DNA of 64,000 nt. Origin: a bacterium (GTDB lineage: Bacteria > Bdellovibrionota_C > UBA2361 > CALJRW01). The stretch is from positions 256,001 to 320,000 of the forward strand of contig JANNBC010000024.1 in NCBI GenBank assembly GCA_031385045.1. The letters are read 5' to 3'. Both the position numbers and the translations under genes were made by a program. Shown piece after piece: positions 8,902-18,082 of the stretch. Below the pieces are notes generated by a model. It saw only the letters and a program-made list of their open reading frames with translations. It was not told the DNA's origin and ran no database searches. The first letter of the stretch is position 1. Each line of letters begins with the position of its first letter.

Positions 8902-11017
8902 CTTGTTTGTCCTTTAATACATCTGAAATCTTTCGATCATCAGATAAAATATCTAGAATCTCATTAAGCTTTTGTGGTACGGCTAAATCGGAGTTACTAC
9001 CCTTTCCAAAAGATTGAATTAATTTTTTAATCCGTTGCTCTTTCATTTTTGGAGTTGCACCACTATTAATAAATTCATAGGCCTCCCTTAGAGGACTCTT
9101 CTCGCCTTCCGCGTTAAATGCTTCTGGGATCCTCATCTTAAATTGCGCTTGAATCAGTTTCCATCGTTCGTAGGCTGACTGGTTATTTTTAAAGAGCGGG
9201 GTAATAATTTTTACTACATCTTGATCGAAAAATTTCGCAGTGCTTGGGTATAACTGAATCCTACCGATACCTTTAATTCCTTTTAAAATTGAATCTATGT
9301 TAAGTGATCCAGCTTCAAGGGACTCTTCTACTAATTGATAAGCATGACGGTCCGTCTTAAAGAGCGCTAAATTAATCTCTAGATACCCTTTAAAGAAGAG
9401 ATCAGTCAGAGGCGCTAATTCAGTTGCTAACTCTTTAAAAAGCTTTACTTTCACTGGCTCGTTAGTAGTTAAGACAACTCTCCGCTTGTCATCAAAATCT
9501 TCTTGGGTAAGAATATTATACTTTGAGCTAGCTAAAATTGTTCGAATCAAATCAGAACTTATAAATTCTAAATAAACCTTAAAAGTTGGCTTGGGATTAT
9601 GCTTTTCAACAAATCCAACCACTGTATCAACAATAAATGGTAATCTAGATAGTTGATCTTCAGGAAGATTAACTGGAAATAAGAAAAGACCATTACCCTC
9701 AGTATTAGCTAAGGAATAAAGAATTAAGCGATCGGCCTCGATTTTTTTTAAAACATCCAAGAAAGTTTGCTCCAGTTTTTCTCCTAAATATTCCAACTTA
9801 TAATTGAAAATAGTTTCGACAGAGGTGCCCGGTACAAATAATTTTTGTTCAGCAAAACTATTTTCAACATTTGCCAAAGACGATGAAAAACGAAGTAATT
9901 TATCCCCATCTATATCAATTGGAAGATCTATGAAAGTTTGATACATATGTGGAGGGGTTTCACCTTTTTCTAGGAATTTCTTTTCCGCAGCTTGATTATA
10001 CTGATGAACTTTCATGATATCTTGAAGATTAATCTCATGACTGTATGTATCCTGAGGTGACTTATCTAAAAGCATCCCAGAAGCTTTCCAGGCCTCTAAG
10101 TTTAATAACTTACCAAGCTCACTTTGATATAGACTTAGAGTCTGTAAATCAAGCAACATTAAACCATCTACTTTAAGCGAAGTGAGACACTTAACAAGAT
10201 CATTAGATTTATTTAAATCTTCTATTATTTTTACTAAATTTGACTCTAAGAAACGGAGGGAAGACAGCATAATTGCAATATCACCCTCTCCCTTAAGTGA
10301 AGCCTGATTAAAATCTTCGGCATATTTTTTAAAGAATTGATTTAGCCGCGCACTCTCTCCTAGGGTAATTTTATATCCCGAATAATTTAAATCTAGCTTC
10401 AGGGTGTCTTCGTCAACAAAACTTACAAAATCTTTATTAATTCTTAATGATTGAAGATACTCTTGCACCTTTTGTTTTAAAGCTGGAACTTTAAAATATA
10501 TTTTTCCGTTACCAGCAACTTCATTCCAGAAAAAATTAGGAAGCTCCCCTGCAGAAAATTTATCAAATAAAATCTGAGTAAATTGAGGGTAATAAGCCTG
10601 AATTATTTCGGTATTAAAACTAACATACCCATGCCCCTTTAACCCAGAAATAGCTTCTCTTAAAGAATTAATTTGGATCAGGCGACTAAACAAAGCCGAG
10701 GCTTGCGGTTGTAAAAATGCCACAGGTACAACAATATTTTTTGCAAGTGGTGTAAAATCTTTATAAATAAAAGTTTCTCGATTGCTAACTTCGGTAGCGA
10801 TAGTCTTAGATTTTTCTTCTGCTACTTGCTCTGCATTTGAATTGGGATCAAGTAAGACTTGCTCTTTTGGATCGAGCTTATCGGAAACTATTTCGCTTAC
10901 CTCTTCTTTTATAACAGGCTGAGTGGGTGCTGGTTTTTTACTATTCCCAGAAGTTACCCAGATGATATAAATAATTACGATACCACTTAATATTGCTAGT
11001 TTTTTCAATGAACTCAT
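8888..11017 (-). CDS. Large hypothetical protein with N-terminal membrane anchor
   Basis: 709-aa ORF; N-terminal TM segment LAILSGIVIIYIIWV; its 3' end overlaps the start of the next (traU-like) gene; no family recognised. Confidence 0.75.
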   Translation of the reverse strand: MSSLKKLAILSGIVIIYIIWVTSGNSKKPAPTQPVIKEEVSEIVSDKLDPKEQVLLDPNSNAEQVAEEKSKTIATEVSNRETFIYKDFTPLAKNIVVPVAFLQPQASALFSRLIQINSLREAISGLKGHGYVSFNTEIIQAYYPQFTQILFDKFSAGELPNFFWNEVAGNGKIYFKVPALKQKVQEYLQSLRINKDFVSFVDEDTLKLDLNYSGYKITLGESARLNQFFKKYAEDFNQASLKGEGDIAIMLSSLRFLESNLVKIIEDLNKSNDLVKCLTSLKVDGLMLLDLQTLSLYQSELGKLLNLEAWKASGMLLDKSPQDTYSHEINLQDIMKVHQYNQAAEKKFLEKGETPPHMYQTFIDLPIDIDGDKLLRFSSSLANVENSFAEQKLFVPGTSVETIFNYKLEYLGEKLEQTFLDVLKKIEADRLILYSLANTEGNGLFLFPVNLPEDQLSRLPFIVDTVVGFVEKHNPKPTFKVYLEFISSDLIRTILASSKYNILTQEDFDDKRRVVLTTNEPVKVKLFKELATELAPLTDLFFKGYLEINLALFKTDRHAYQLVEESLEAGSLNIDSILKGIKGIGRIQLYPSTAKFFDQDVVKIITPLFKNNQSAYERWKLIQAQFKMRIPEAFNAEGEKSPLREAYEFINSGATPKMKEQRIKKLIQSFGKGSNSDLAVPQKLNEILDILSDDRKISDVLKDKQDEGF

Positions 11018-11239
11018 GGTTTTAATTTAACTCAGTTCAAAAACTTAAAACAGTTACTAAGTTCGACTATCTCCTAAAAAATTTCCCTCTCTCTCCTCAC
11101 TCATAAATTAAAGATTTAAGATTTTAAACATTTAGATAACAGACCAAACAAATCGATGGTTAATCACCTATAACTTTGATCCACTAAATCTCCACATTTA
11201 AAATCCCAAGCTTACTCAGCTTGTCTCTGTAAATTAATC

Positions 11240-12637
11240 TTATGAACCTGGGGTCCATCCTCTCTGTAACGGTCCCCAATACCTAGAAGCTCCCAGCGGA
11301 TCCCCGTTAGAATTAGTCCCCGAGATTACTCCATCTTGCTTAACCAAGTTAGAAGTAATTGATAGCGCTGCGTTGGCATTAGTATAAGGGTTAGCTAACT
11401 GGTCATGGGTGAAAGCATCACTTTGTAATCCATAATTAGTTGCATCTGCTGTTGATAATTGAAATAAGCCTCGAGAACCTGTCCCGAACTTACCAACATC
11501 ACCAACATCACCGATATTATATGAAGATTCCTTACCAGCTAACTCCGTAAAGTATCTGGCCCAAGACTCTGAGCTCCCATCAATACCATACTTAGCTCCA
11601 TCGGCCGGAACATATCCATTTAAATCTGAGTTCTTAACTTGCTCATTCATATAAGCGAACAAGTCATCTTTACTTACATTACCAGAGGAAGAGACCGGCA
11701 TAGATCCGTCACCTCCGGTATACTGACTATAATCAGTATTAATTCCACCAGTTCCCAATCCAGTTGTTCCCGTGGTTCCAGTTCCCAATCCAGTTGTTCC
11801 AGTACCCGGTTGGCCTGGTTGCATTGCCTGATTCTGCTGATTCATCGCCGACAGAGTATTGACTACTTGCCCCGCCATAATCAAATTAGAATTTCCAGTT
11901 AATGCACCAAGAGTTGTTAAGATAGTTCCTAACCAATTACCATTGGAGTTATTACTTCCTCCAAACATTCCAAAAATCCCACTTCCGGCACCACCATTCA
12001 TGCCTAACAATCCAGCGATTCCTGCACCAGTATTACCAGCACCAACATTATAGTTACCAAACATTTGCCCTGCAATATTACCAACATTACCCATATTGCC
12101 AAAGTTGTTCATTCCAGGGATTGATTGGTTGTATGCAGTTGGAGCAAGATAAGGAGCAATACAATCCCGATAATCAGAATTATATGGATTACATTGAGGA
12201 TAACGATCTTGCGGATTATTCATTGCTGCGGAAATCCCACCAGCATTCATTGATGTAAACATCTGAGCAATATTACTTACATTTCCACCTAAGAACATCG
12301 AAAGACTTCCTAACAACATTCCTAAAATTGGATTATCCCCCATAACATCAGTAATTCCGACATTACTAATAGTTTGTGTAAGCCCAGCTGCAGCATTCAT
12401 GTTACCGCCTAGCTGGCTAATTGACTGAGCTTGCTGAATACTATTGGGATTTAAATCTAAACGATCATGATCTTGGTTTTGCTGTTGCAAAGCTCGCTGA
12501 CAAATTTTTTGTCCTAAGGGATGATTGGCACAGGGGTCGCCATTCTGGGCGAAGACTACTCCAGAGGGCTGAAGCAATGAGGCTAGTAGACAAACTACTA
12601 CGAAACTATTAGTGGAGAATATTAATCTTTTGTTCAT
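11240..12637 (-). CDS. Secreted Gly/Asn/Met-rich protein with C-terminal lytic transglycosylase (SLT/lysozyme-like) domain
   Basis: Signal peptide. C-terminal ELAGKESSYN (catalytic E-S), SRGLFQLS and LANPYTNANAA are SLT motifs. Long low-complexity Gly-rich stalk. Confidence 0.75.
   Translation of the reverse strand: MNKRLIFSTNSFVVVCLLASLLQPSGVVFAQNGDPCANHPLGQKICQRALQQQNQDHDRLDLNPNSIQQAQSISQLGGNMNAAAGLTQTISNVGITDVMGDNPILGMLLGSLSMFLGGNVSNIAQMFTSMNAGGISAAMNNPQDRYPQCNPYNSDYRDCIAPYLAPTAYNQSIPGMNNFGNMGNVGNIAGQMFGNYNVGAGNTGAGIAGLLGMNGGAGSGIFGMFGGSNNSNGNWLGTILTTLGALTGNSNLIMAGQVVNTLSAMNQQNQAMQPGQPGTGTTGLGTGTTGTTGLGTGGINTDYSQYTGGDGSMPVSSSGNVSKDDLFAYMNEQVKNSDLNGYVPADGAKYGIDGSSESWARYFTELAGKESSYNIGDVGDVGKFGTGSRGLFQLSTADATNYGLQSDAFTHDQLANPYTNANAALSITSNLVKQDGVISGTNSNGDPLGASRYWGPLQRGWTPGS
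11748..11800. repeat. Intragenic 23-bp direct repeat with 30-bp period, encoding GTTGLGTG x2
   Basis: CCAGTTCCCAATCCAGTTGTTCC at 11748-11770 and 11778-11800. Confidence 0.85.
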
Positions 12638-12717
12638 TTGAAAACCCTAACTAAAAAAACCCTTCAATAAATGTTATGAGCAAAATGCTCAATCTGATGC
12701 ACCACTTAAGGGATTTT

Positions 12718-13506
12718 TCATTTAAAATATGGATGAAGTATACCGGATGAATGGTAGTCCTCATCATAGTTCTTTAAAGCATTAATCCCCCGATCAACAA
12801 AGAATGCTTCAGTTGTCGTGCGAAATCTCATTGGCAGGCATTCCACCCCTAAACCCTTAGCAACACGATGTATTTCAGTATTTTTATCTGGATAGTAGAC
12901 TAAAAGATCAACTTTTTTTCCTAAAAATTCACTTACATCAACCTCGTTTGGTACTTTTTCAGGAGAAATAAATAGTAAATCTTGCACTGGAGTATTTCCA
13001 GATTGGTTATTCGTTTTGGAAATATTTTTTCTAATTGTACTAGAGCTAGTACATTTCGGAAGCGGAATTGCTTGCTCCATTTGGCTCACTTGAGCTTTTA
13101 ATTGAGGAAGGTATTCCTCTCTAACATACTGCCGAACAGCATCCTGATTTAAGGTAAATTTTTTATAAGAATTCTTTATTACAAGCGGATCTGGGTAATT
13201 AATCCCAGAATTGCCTTTTACATGACCAAAGATTTTAAGTTCAGAGATTTCTTGCTCCCACGGATTTTTAGGATGCTTACCAAGCATTCTCATAATATGA
13301 CGACTATCAGGCTTAACACCATATCTTTCAGCCGATTCGTTTAATTCTTCTTGGGTAAACCGATACTCACTAATTTGTTTTTGTAGCTGTGCTTGCTGTT
13401 CATAGGTCAGGTTCTTAAGAATTTCCCTGGGATCTCCCTGCGCAAATAAAGAATTCACTGTTAGGAAGATAGTAAGTAGCACTTGGACAATTCGTAATCT
13501 CATCAT
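12718..13506 (-). CDS. Exported protein, remote TraW-like
   Basis: Signal peptide; G...YPDPL, QDLLFIS and VAKGLGVECLPMRF resemble the TraW motifs G...EPD-h, L-h-FI and L...GI..VPARV, in order. Confidence 0.5.
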   Translation of the reverse strand: MMRLRIVQVLLTIFLTVNSLFAQGDPREILKNLTYEQQAQLQKQISEYRFTQEELNESAERYGVKPDSRHIMRMLGKHPKNPWEQEISELKIFGHVKGNSGINYPDPLVIKNSYKKFTLNQDAVRQYVREEYLPQLKAQVSQMEQAIPLPKCTSSSTIRKNISKTNNQSGNTPVQDLLFISPEKVPNEVDVSEFLGKKVDLLVYYPDKNTEIHRVAKGLGVECLPMRFRTTTEAFFVDRGINALKNYDEDYHSSGILHPYFK

Positions 13507-13557
13507 AAGCCTAGTCTATATAAAGGAGACTATTGCTTCAATATGCTAAGCGAATCA

Positions 13558-14022
13558 CTAAGACGAGAGTTTCTTAATGTACTTAAGTACTTCCTCGGGA
13601 TGCCCTAGAGGCTTAACCGTGTCAAAAATTTCAACTATCTCTCGTTTCTGATTTAATACATAAGTAATCCGGCTAATTCCCATGTATTTTCTACCCATAA
13701 AGCTTTTTTCAGAATAAATCCCTAATTTAGTAGATAAGGCAAAATCAGAATCTGATAGCATCACTGTTTCTAAGTCATTATTCTTACAGAATTTAGCTTT
13801 GGTTTTTTGATCTCCTCCAGACACCCCAACCAATGCAACATCAAGATTAGCAAACTTCTGTTTTAATTTAGAAAAACCCCTCGACTCAATTGTACAACCC
13901 GGAGTACTGTCTTTAGGATAGAAAAAAATTACTAGCAACTTTTCAGTAAAAGTTTTCAGCGAATAATCTTCGCCCTCCTTATCTAACATATTAAACTGCG
14001 GAAATTTATCGCCGATTTTCAT
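13558..14022 (-). CDS. bcp: BCP/PrxQ peroxiredoxin
   Basis: FFYPKDSTPGCTIE; second Cys in KFC; EKSFMGRKYMGISR. Confidence 0.93.
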   Translation of the reverse strand: MKIGDKFPQFNMLDKEGEDYSLKTFTEKLLVIFFYPKDSTPGCTIESRGFSKLKQKFANLDVALVGVSGGDQKTKAKFCKNNDLETVMLSDSDFALSTKLGIYSEKSFMGRKYMGISRITYVLNQKREIVEIFDTVKPLGHPEEVLKYIKKLSS

Positions 14023-14141
14023 GTAATCCTAATAAAATGTGCTGCTCAAAAGTCTCTAAAAGTTCTAAAAGATCAAGGATTGGAAACGGATACCAATAAA
14101 ATCTAAAACCTGTTAGACTACTATATCTTAACTTCCTGACG

Positions 14142-14735
14142 ATGAAAGTAGTAATTATAAAATACAATGCTGGTAATATCTTCTCTGTAAAAACAGCATT
14201 AGAACGTCTGACTATAGAACTTCCAGGTGCAGAGATCCAGCTCTCTGATCAAGCCTCTGACCTTTTATCAGCTGACAAGATCATTTTCCCCGGCGTTGGT
14301 GAAGCTAGCAGCGCAATGCAGGATCTCAAAAGAAATAATTTAGATTTACTTATTCCTAAATTAACTCAACCGTTTTTGGGTATCTGTCTAGGCCTACAAT
14401 TAATGTGTGACTACTCTGAGGAGAATGAAACTAAGTGCCTAGGGATCATGCCAGTCAGAGTAAGAAAATTTACTGAGCTAAAAGTTCCTCAAATTGGTTG
14501 GAATAATATCTATAATTATCAAACAAGTTTATTTGCAGGTTTCAAAGAAAATGAGTACGTCTACTTCGTTCACAGTTACTATGCAGAGATTTCACCTTAT
14601 ACCATTGCAACAACTGATTATGGTATTAAATACAGCGCTGGCTTAAAAAAAGATAATTTTTACGCGGTACAATTTCATCCTGAAAAAAGTGCTGATATTG
14701 GATCCAAAATCCTGAATAATTTCCTAGTGGCTTAA
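14142..14735 (+). CDS. hisH: Imidazole glycerol phosphate synthase glutaminase subunit
   Basis: YNAGN, PGVG, LGICLGLQ, YFVHSY, QFHPEKS. Confidence 0.96.
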   Translation: MKVVIIKYNAGNIFSVKTALERLTIELPGAEIQLSDQASDLLSADKIIFPGVGEASSAMQDLKRNNLDLLIPKLTQPFLGICLGLQLMCDYSEENETKCLGIMPVRVRKFTELKVPQIGWNNIYNYQTSLFAGFKENEYVYFVHSYYAEISPYTIATTDYGIKYSAGLKKDNFYAVQFHPEKSADIGSKILNNFLVA

Positions 14736-15148
14736 TATGTATCTAAATAACGATCTTCTATTTTTAATTCTTCTAGAACATAGTTAATAACTTGCTTATC
14801 GTCAGTCATTCCGGAAGCAAAGGTATGATCACAAAAGGGATCATTTTCAGAAGCTGCATAGCGCACAGCACCTGCAATTAATCGTTGTTCAGATTGGGTA
14901 CGACTAGGATAAATATCAAGTAAAAACTTACAGACTATAAAAACTGCTTGCGCCTCTTTAGCATTATATTTACTCTCTTCGTTATCGGCAGACTGCTCGG
15001 AATTAACAGCGAAATGAGACTTTAATGAATGAGACAGTTGCTTAAGAGCTTCGGCATCAAGCTCCTCACATAACCGTTCAAATTCTGGTCTAACAAAAGG
15101 TGGGAACTTGGGTAATTTATGTTTTCGCTTTTTTCCAAAAAATATCAT
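14732..15148 (-). CDS. Hypothetical protein, YkvA/DUF1232-like
   Basis: LIAGAVRY...D..CD....GMTDD..V resembles the DUF1232 motif. Confidence 0.5.
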   Translation of the reverse strand: MIFFGKKRKHKLPKFPPFVRPEFERLCEELDAEALKQLSHSLKSHFAVNSEQSADNEESKYNAKEAQAVFIVCKFLLDIYPSRTQSEQRLIAGAVRYAASENDPFCDHTFASGMTDDKQVINYVLEELKIEDRYLDTY

Positions 15149-15162
15149 AATACTTACTTACC

Positions 15163-16785
15163 ATGTCTAAAGAAATCCTAAAAGGTACTACACTTATCAG
15201 CATACTAACCTTGGTCAGCAGACTCTTAGGGTTCATCTGGAATTTAGTCTTTGCTCAACTCTTTGGAGCTGGTATCTTAGCTGACTGCTTTTTCGTTGCT
15301 TATAAAATTCCAAATCTCTTACGGAGTATCCTGGGAGAGGGAGCACTTTCTGCTGCCTTTATCCCTGTATTCTCGGCTGAGCTAGAAAAAGATCGGCAGT
15401 TGGCAGAAAGAACCTTACGCTCTGTCTCGGGACTACTCTTAATCGCTAGCATTATAATCACAATCCTTGGAATTATTTTTGCACCCTTGATTATTGAATT
15501 AATTGCCCCAGGATATTTAGATGATCCTGATCGTTACCAACTATGTCTAACCTTAACTCAAATTACTCTACCCTATATAATTTTTGTTAGTTTAATTGCC
15601 TTGATTAGTGGCGCCCTTAACTCAGTTAAAAAGTATGGGGCGGCTCCCATCTCACAAATTGTGATGAATGTTGTCATGATTATAGCCTGTTTTTTGGTTA
15701 GCTTTTGGGACACCGAAACTGGAATCAAATTACTAGCATTTTCCGTGATTGTGGGAGGACTTTGCCAAATACTTATCCAATTACCTGCCCTTAAAGCCGC
15801 AGGCTTATCAATCTTCCCTAATGTTAAACTTTTAAATCCTAGTAGCAAACGCGTACTGTTGTTAATGATTCCGGCAAGTTTTGGAGCAGCAATTTATCAA
15901 ATATCGATTTTTATCAATACCATGCTCGCCACATTACTTCCGACAGGGAGTGTCTCTTGGCTTTTTTATGCCGACCGGCTTTCCCAATTACCAATTGGCG
16001 TATTAACAATTGCAATTATGTCTGTTCTATTACCAGAGCTATCTCGCTCCCAAGCAAATAATAATCAAGAAGCCTTCCAACATAATATGAATAACTCACT
16101 TCGTTATTTAAGCTTCTTAATTATTCCTTCCGCGGCTGGACTAATTATCTTAGCGGAGCCCTTAATCAAAGTATTTTTTGAACGTGGAGAATTCCTAGCT
16201 TTAGATACTTGGCAAACAGCACTGGCCCTTCAAGCTACCGCCTTTGGACTCTGGGGTATTAGTTGTAATTCTATTATCAGCAGAGGATTCTTAGCTCAAC
16301 AAGATACCCTAACTCCTAGTCTACTGGGGATCTTAACTTTGGTTATTAATACTGCCTTAGCACTATTACTAATGGGCCAGATTAATTTTACTGGAGATAA
16401 TTTCTTTCTCCACGCAATTGTCTATCTGCAAAAATTATTAACAGCATTTCTGCCTCATGCCGATTTTTTTCATGTTGGCTTAGCATTAGCCTCAGGGCTG
16501 GCCTTAACATTTACGCTAGTAATTAGCATGTTCATTTTAGATCGTCGTCTAGCGAATTGGAGCTTTAAACCATTTCTAAAAGCTAGCCTGATTTCCTTAG
16601 TTGCTTCTATCTTAATGATGGGAATAATTAAAATCCTTAAAGAATTAATTCCCAACGATATCTTGTTAATTGCTATTGCCTGTCCCGTTGCTGTAATTAG
16701 TTACTTTGTATTTTATCAGCTACTTGGTGGCCAAGAAATTAAGGAATTAAGAAACCTATTTAGAAGAAAAATTAAACCTTCCTAG
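15163..16785 (+). CDS. murJ: Lipid II flippase MurJ
   Basis: SRLLGF, AYKIPNLLR..GEGALSAAFIP, YADRLSQLP.G, LFERGEF-like motif; many TM segments. Confidence 0.95.
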   Translation: MSKEILKGTTLISILTLVSRLLGFIWNLVFAQLFGAGILADCFFVAYKIPNLLRSILGEGALSAAFIPVFSAELEKDRQLAERTLRSVSGLLLIASIIITILGIIFAPLIIELIAPGYLDDPDRYQLCLTLTQITLPYIIFVSLIALISGALNSVKKYGAAPISQIVMNVVMIIACFLVSFWDTETGIKLLAFSVIVGGLCQILIQLPALKAAGLSIFPNVKLLNPSSKRVLLLMIPASFGAAIYQISIFINTMLATLLPTGSVSWLFYADRLSQLPIGVLTIAIMSVLLPELSRSQANNNQEAFQHNMNNSLRYLSFLIIPSAAGLIILAEPLIKVFFERGEFLALDTWQTALALQATAFGLWGISCNSIISRGFLAQQDTLTPSLLGILTLVINTALALLLMGQINFTGDNFFLHAIVYLQKLLTAFLPHADFFHVGLALASGLALTFTLVISMFILDRRLANWSFKPFLKASLISLVASILMMGIIKILKELIPNDILLIAIACPVAVISYFVFYQLLGGQEIKELRNLFRRKIKPS

Positions 16786-16791
16786 GCAGTA

Positions 16792-17619
16792 CTATTTGGA
16801 TAACTCATTACTACGCTTTAATGCTGCTTGAAATGCAAGCTGTAGTGAGTGATTAATTTTCTTTGCTTCAAAGACATTAAGTGCCGCTTCGGTAGTACCA
16901 CCCTTGGACTTAACCTTAGCGATTAACTGACTAGGCGTGATTTTTTGAGACTTAATAAATTCGATAGTCCCAGCAAAAGTTTGCCAGACAATTTGCTCAG
17001 AAATCTCTTTGGAGAAACCAAATTTTTTGGCAGCCTCTTCTAAGGCCATCATTAAAAAAGCTACGTAGGCAGGACCACTACCAGCTAGAGCTGTAATCTG
17101 ATTAATTTTCTTTTCTTCCGACAATTCTAGAAATAATCCCTGTTTAGAAAAAATTTTCTTAATTAATTTTTTTTCTTTTAGCGATACAGAGGAGTCATAA
17201 AAACAACCAAGGACAGCCTGTTTAAACTCAATTGCTAAGTTAGGCATTAACCGAACTACTTTCTTAACACCAAGGATTTTTTTTATTTTAGCGATAGAGA
17301 TACCAGCCATAACGGAAAGGACAACAGTCTCCCTAGAAACTTTCTTTTTTAACTCGACACTTAGTTCCACAAAGTCTTGAGGTTTAACTGCCAGAATTAT
17401 AAAGTCAGATTGTGACATTCCAATCACACTAGAGAAAATTTGAATTTGTGGTGCTAACTTTTTAATTTTTTTAAGTTTACCTAGATCTCGATTAATCAAA
17501 GTTAAACTTTTTGGTGAAATCACTTGCTCGGCAATTATTGTTTTGGCAATTGGCAGACCCATATTGCCTAAACCAATAATTGCTAAACTAACGGGCTTTG
17601 CCACGGATTGGATCCTCAA
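16792..17619 (-). CDS. proC: Pyrroline-5-carboxylate reductase
   Basis: IGLGNMG, LAVKPQ, RLMPN, GSGPAY, VKSKGGTT. Confidence 0.95.
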   Translation of the reverse strand: MRIQSVAKPVSLAIIGLGNMGLPIAKTIIAEQVISPKSLTLINRDLGKLKKIKKLAPQIQIFSSVIGMSQSDFIILAVKPQDFVELSVELKKKVSRETVVLSVMAGISIAKIKKILGVKKVVRLMPNLAIEFKQAVLGCFYDSSVSLKEKKLIKKIFSKQGLFLELSEEKKINQITALAGSGPAYVAFLMMALEEAAKKFGFSKEISEQIVWQTFAGTIEFIKSQKITPSQLIAKVKSKGGTTEAALNVFEAKKINHSLQLAFQAALKRSNELSK

Positions 17620-17878
17620 CAGTAAATGTTTCTCCAGATTTTAAATTAAGAAACAACATCATCTGTTCAACTAGCATGTTATAATCTTCCTTCTTTCCCA
17701 TATTCAGACGATATTCATTAATAATCTTAATCTGCATATCATCTTTCCACATGGCCCAAGCTTTTGCAGATATTTTTTCAAAAATTTCTTGCCCAACAGC
17801 TCCAGAAAATGGAGGTTTAGATAAGCCAGGGAGCTCCTGACTTAATTTAATACAATTTACAATTCTTTCTTCAGTCAT
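17588..17878 (-). CDS. yggX: Fe(II)-trafficking / oxidative damage protection protein
   Basis: V-x-C-x-KL, PPF.G..GQEIFEKIS.KAW..W, INEYRLN. Confidence 0.9.
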   Translation of the reverse strand: MTEERIVNCIKLSQELPGLSKPPFSGAVGQEIFEKISAKAWAMWKDDMQIKIINEYRLNMGKKEDYNMLVEQMMLFLNLKSGETFTVEDPIRGKAR

Positions 17879-18082
17879 AGTATTTAGGGGTGTTTAGAAC
17901 AGTGCGTAAGATAGATGAAACAATAAAAACTTTCAAACTATCGAAGCAAATAATGCCACTAAATGAAAGTATTCAAGTTTTTTTATGTTTTTACAAAACT
18001 TTTACATTTAAATTACACAACCATGACACAAGGGGCTTCATAACGTGAGATAAGGGTATAACAACTCAGCCTTTTAAGGAGA

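Noticed and set aside
5641..13506. Intact ICE, plasmid or prophage
   Set aside because: No integrase, relaxase, ATPase, phage structural genes, tRNA target or att repeats were seen.
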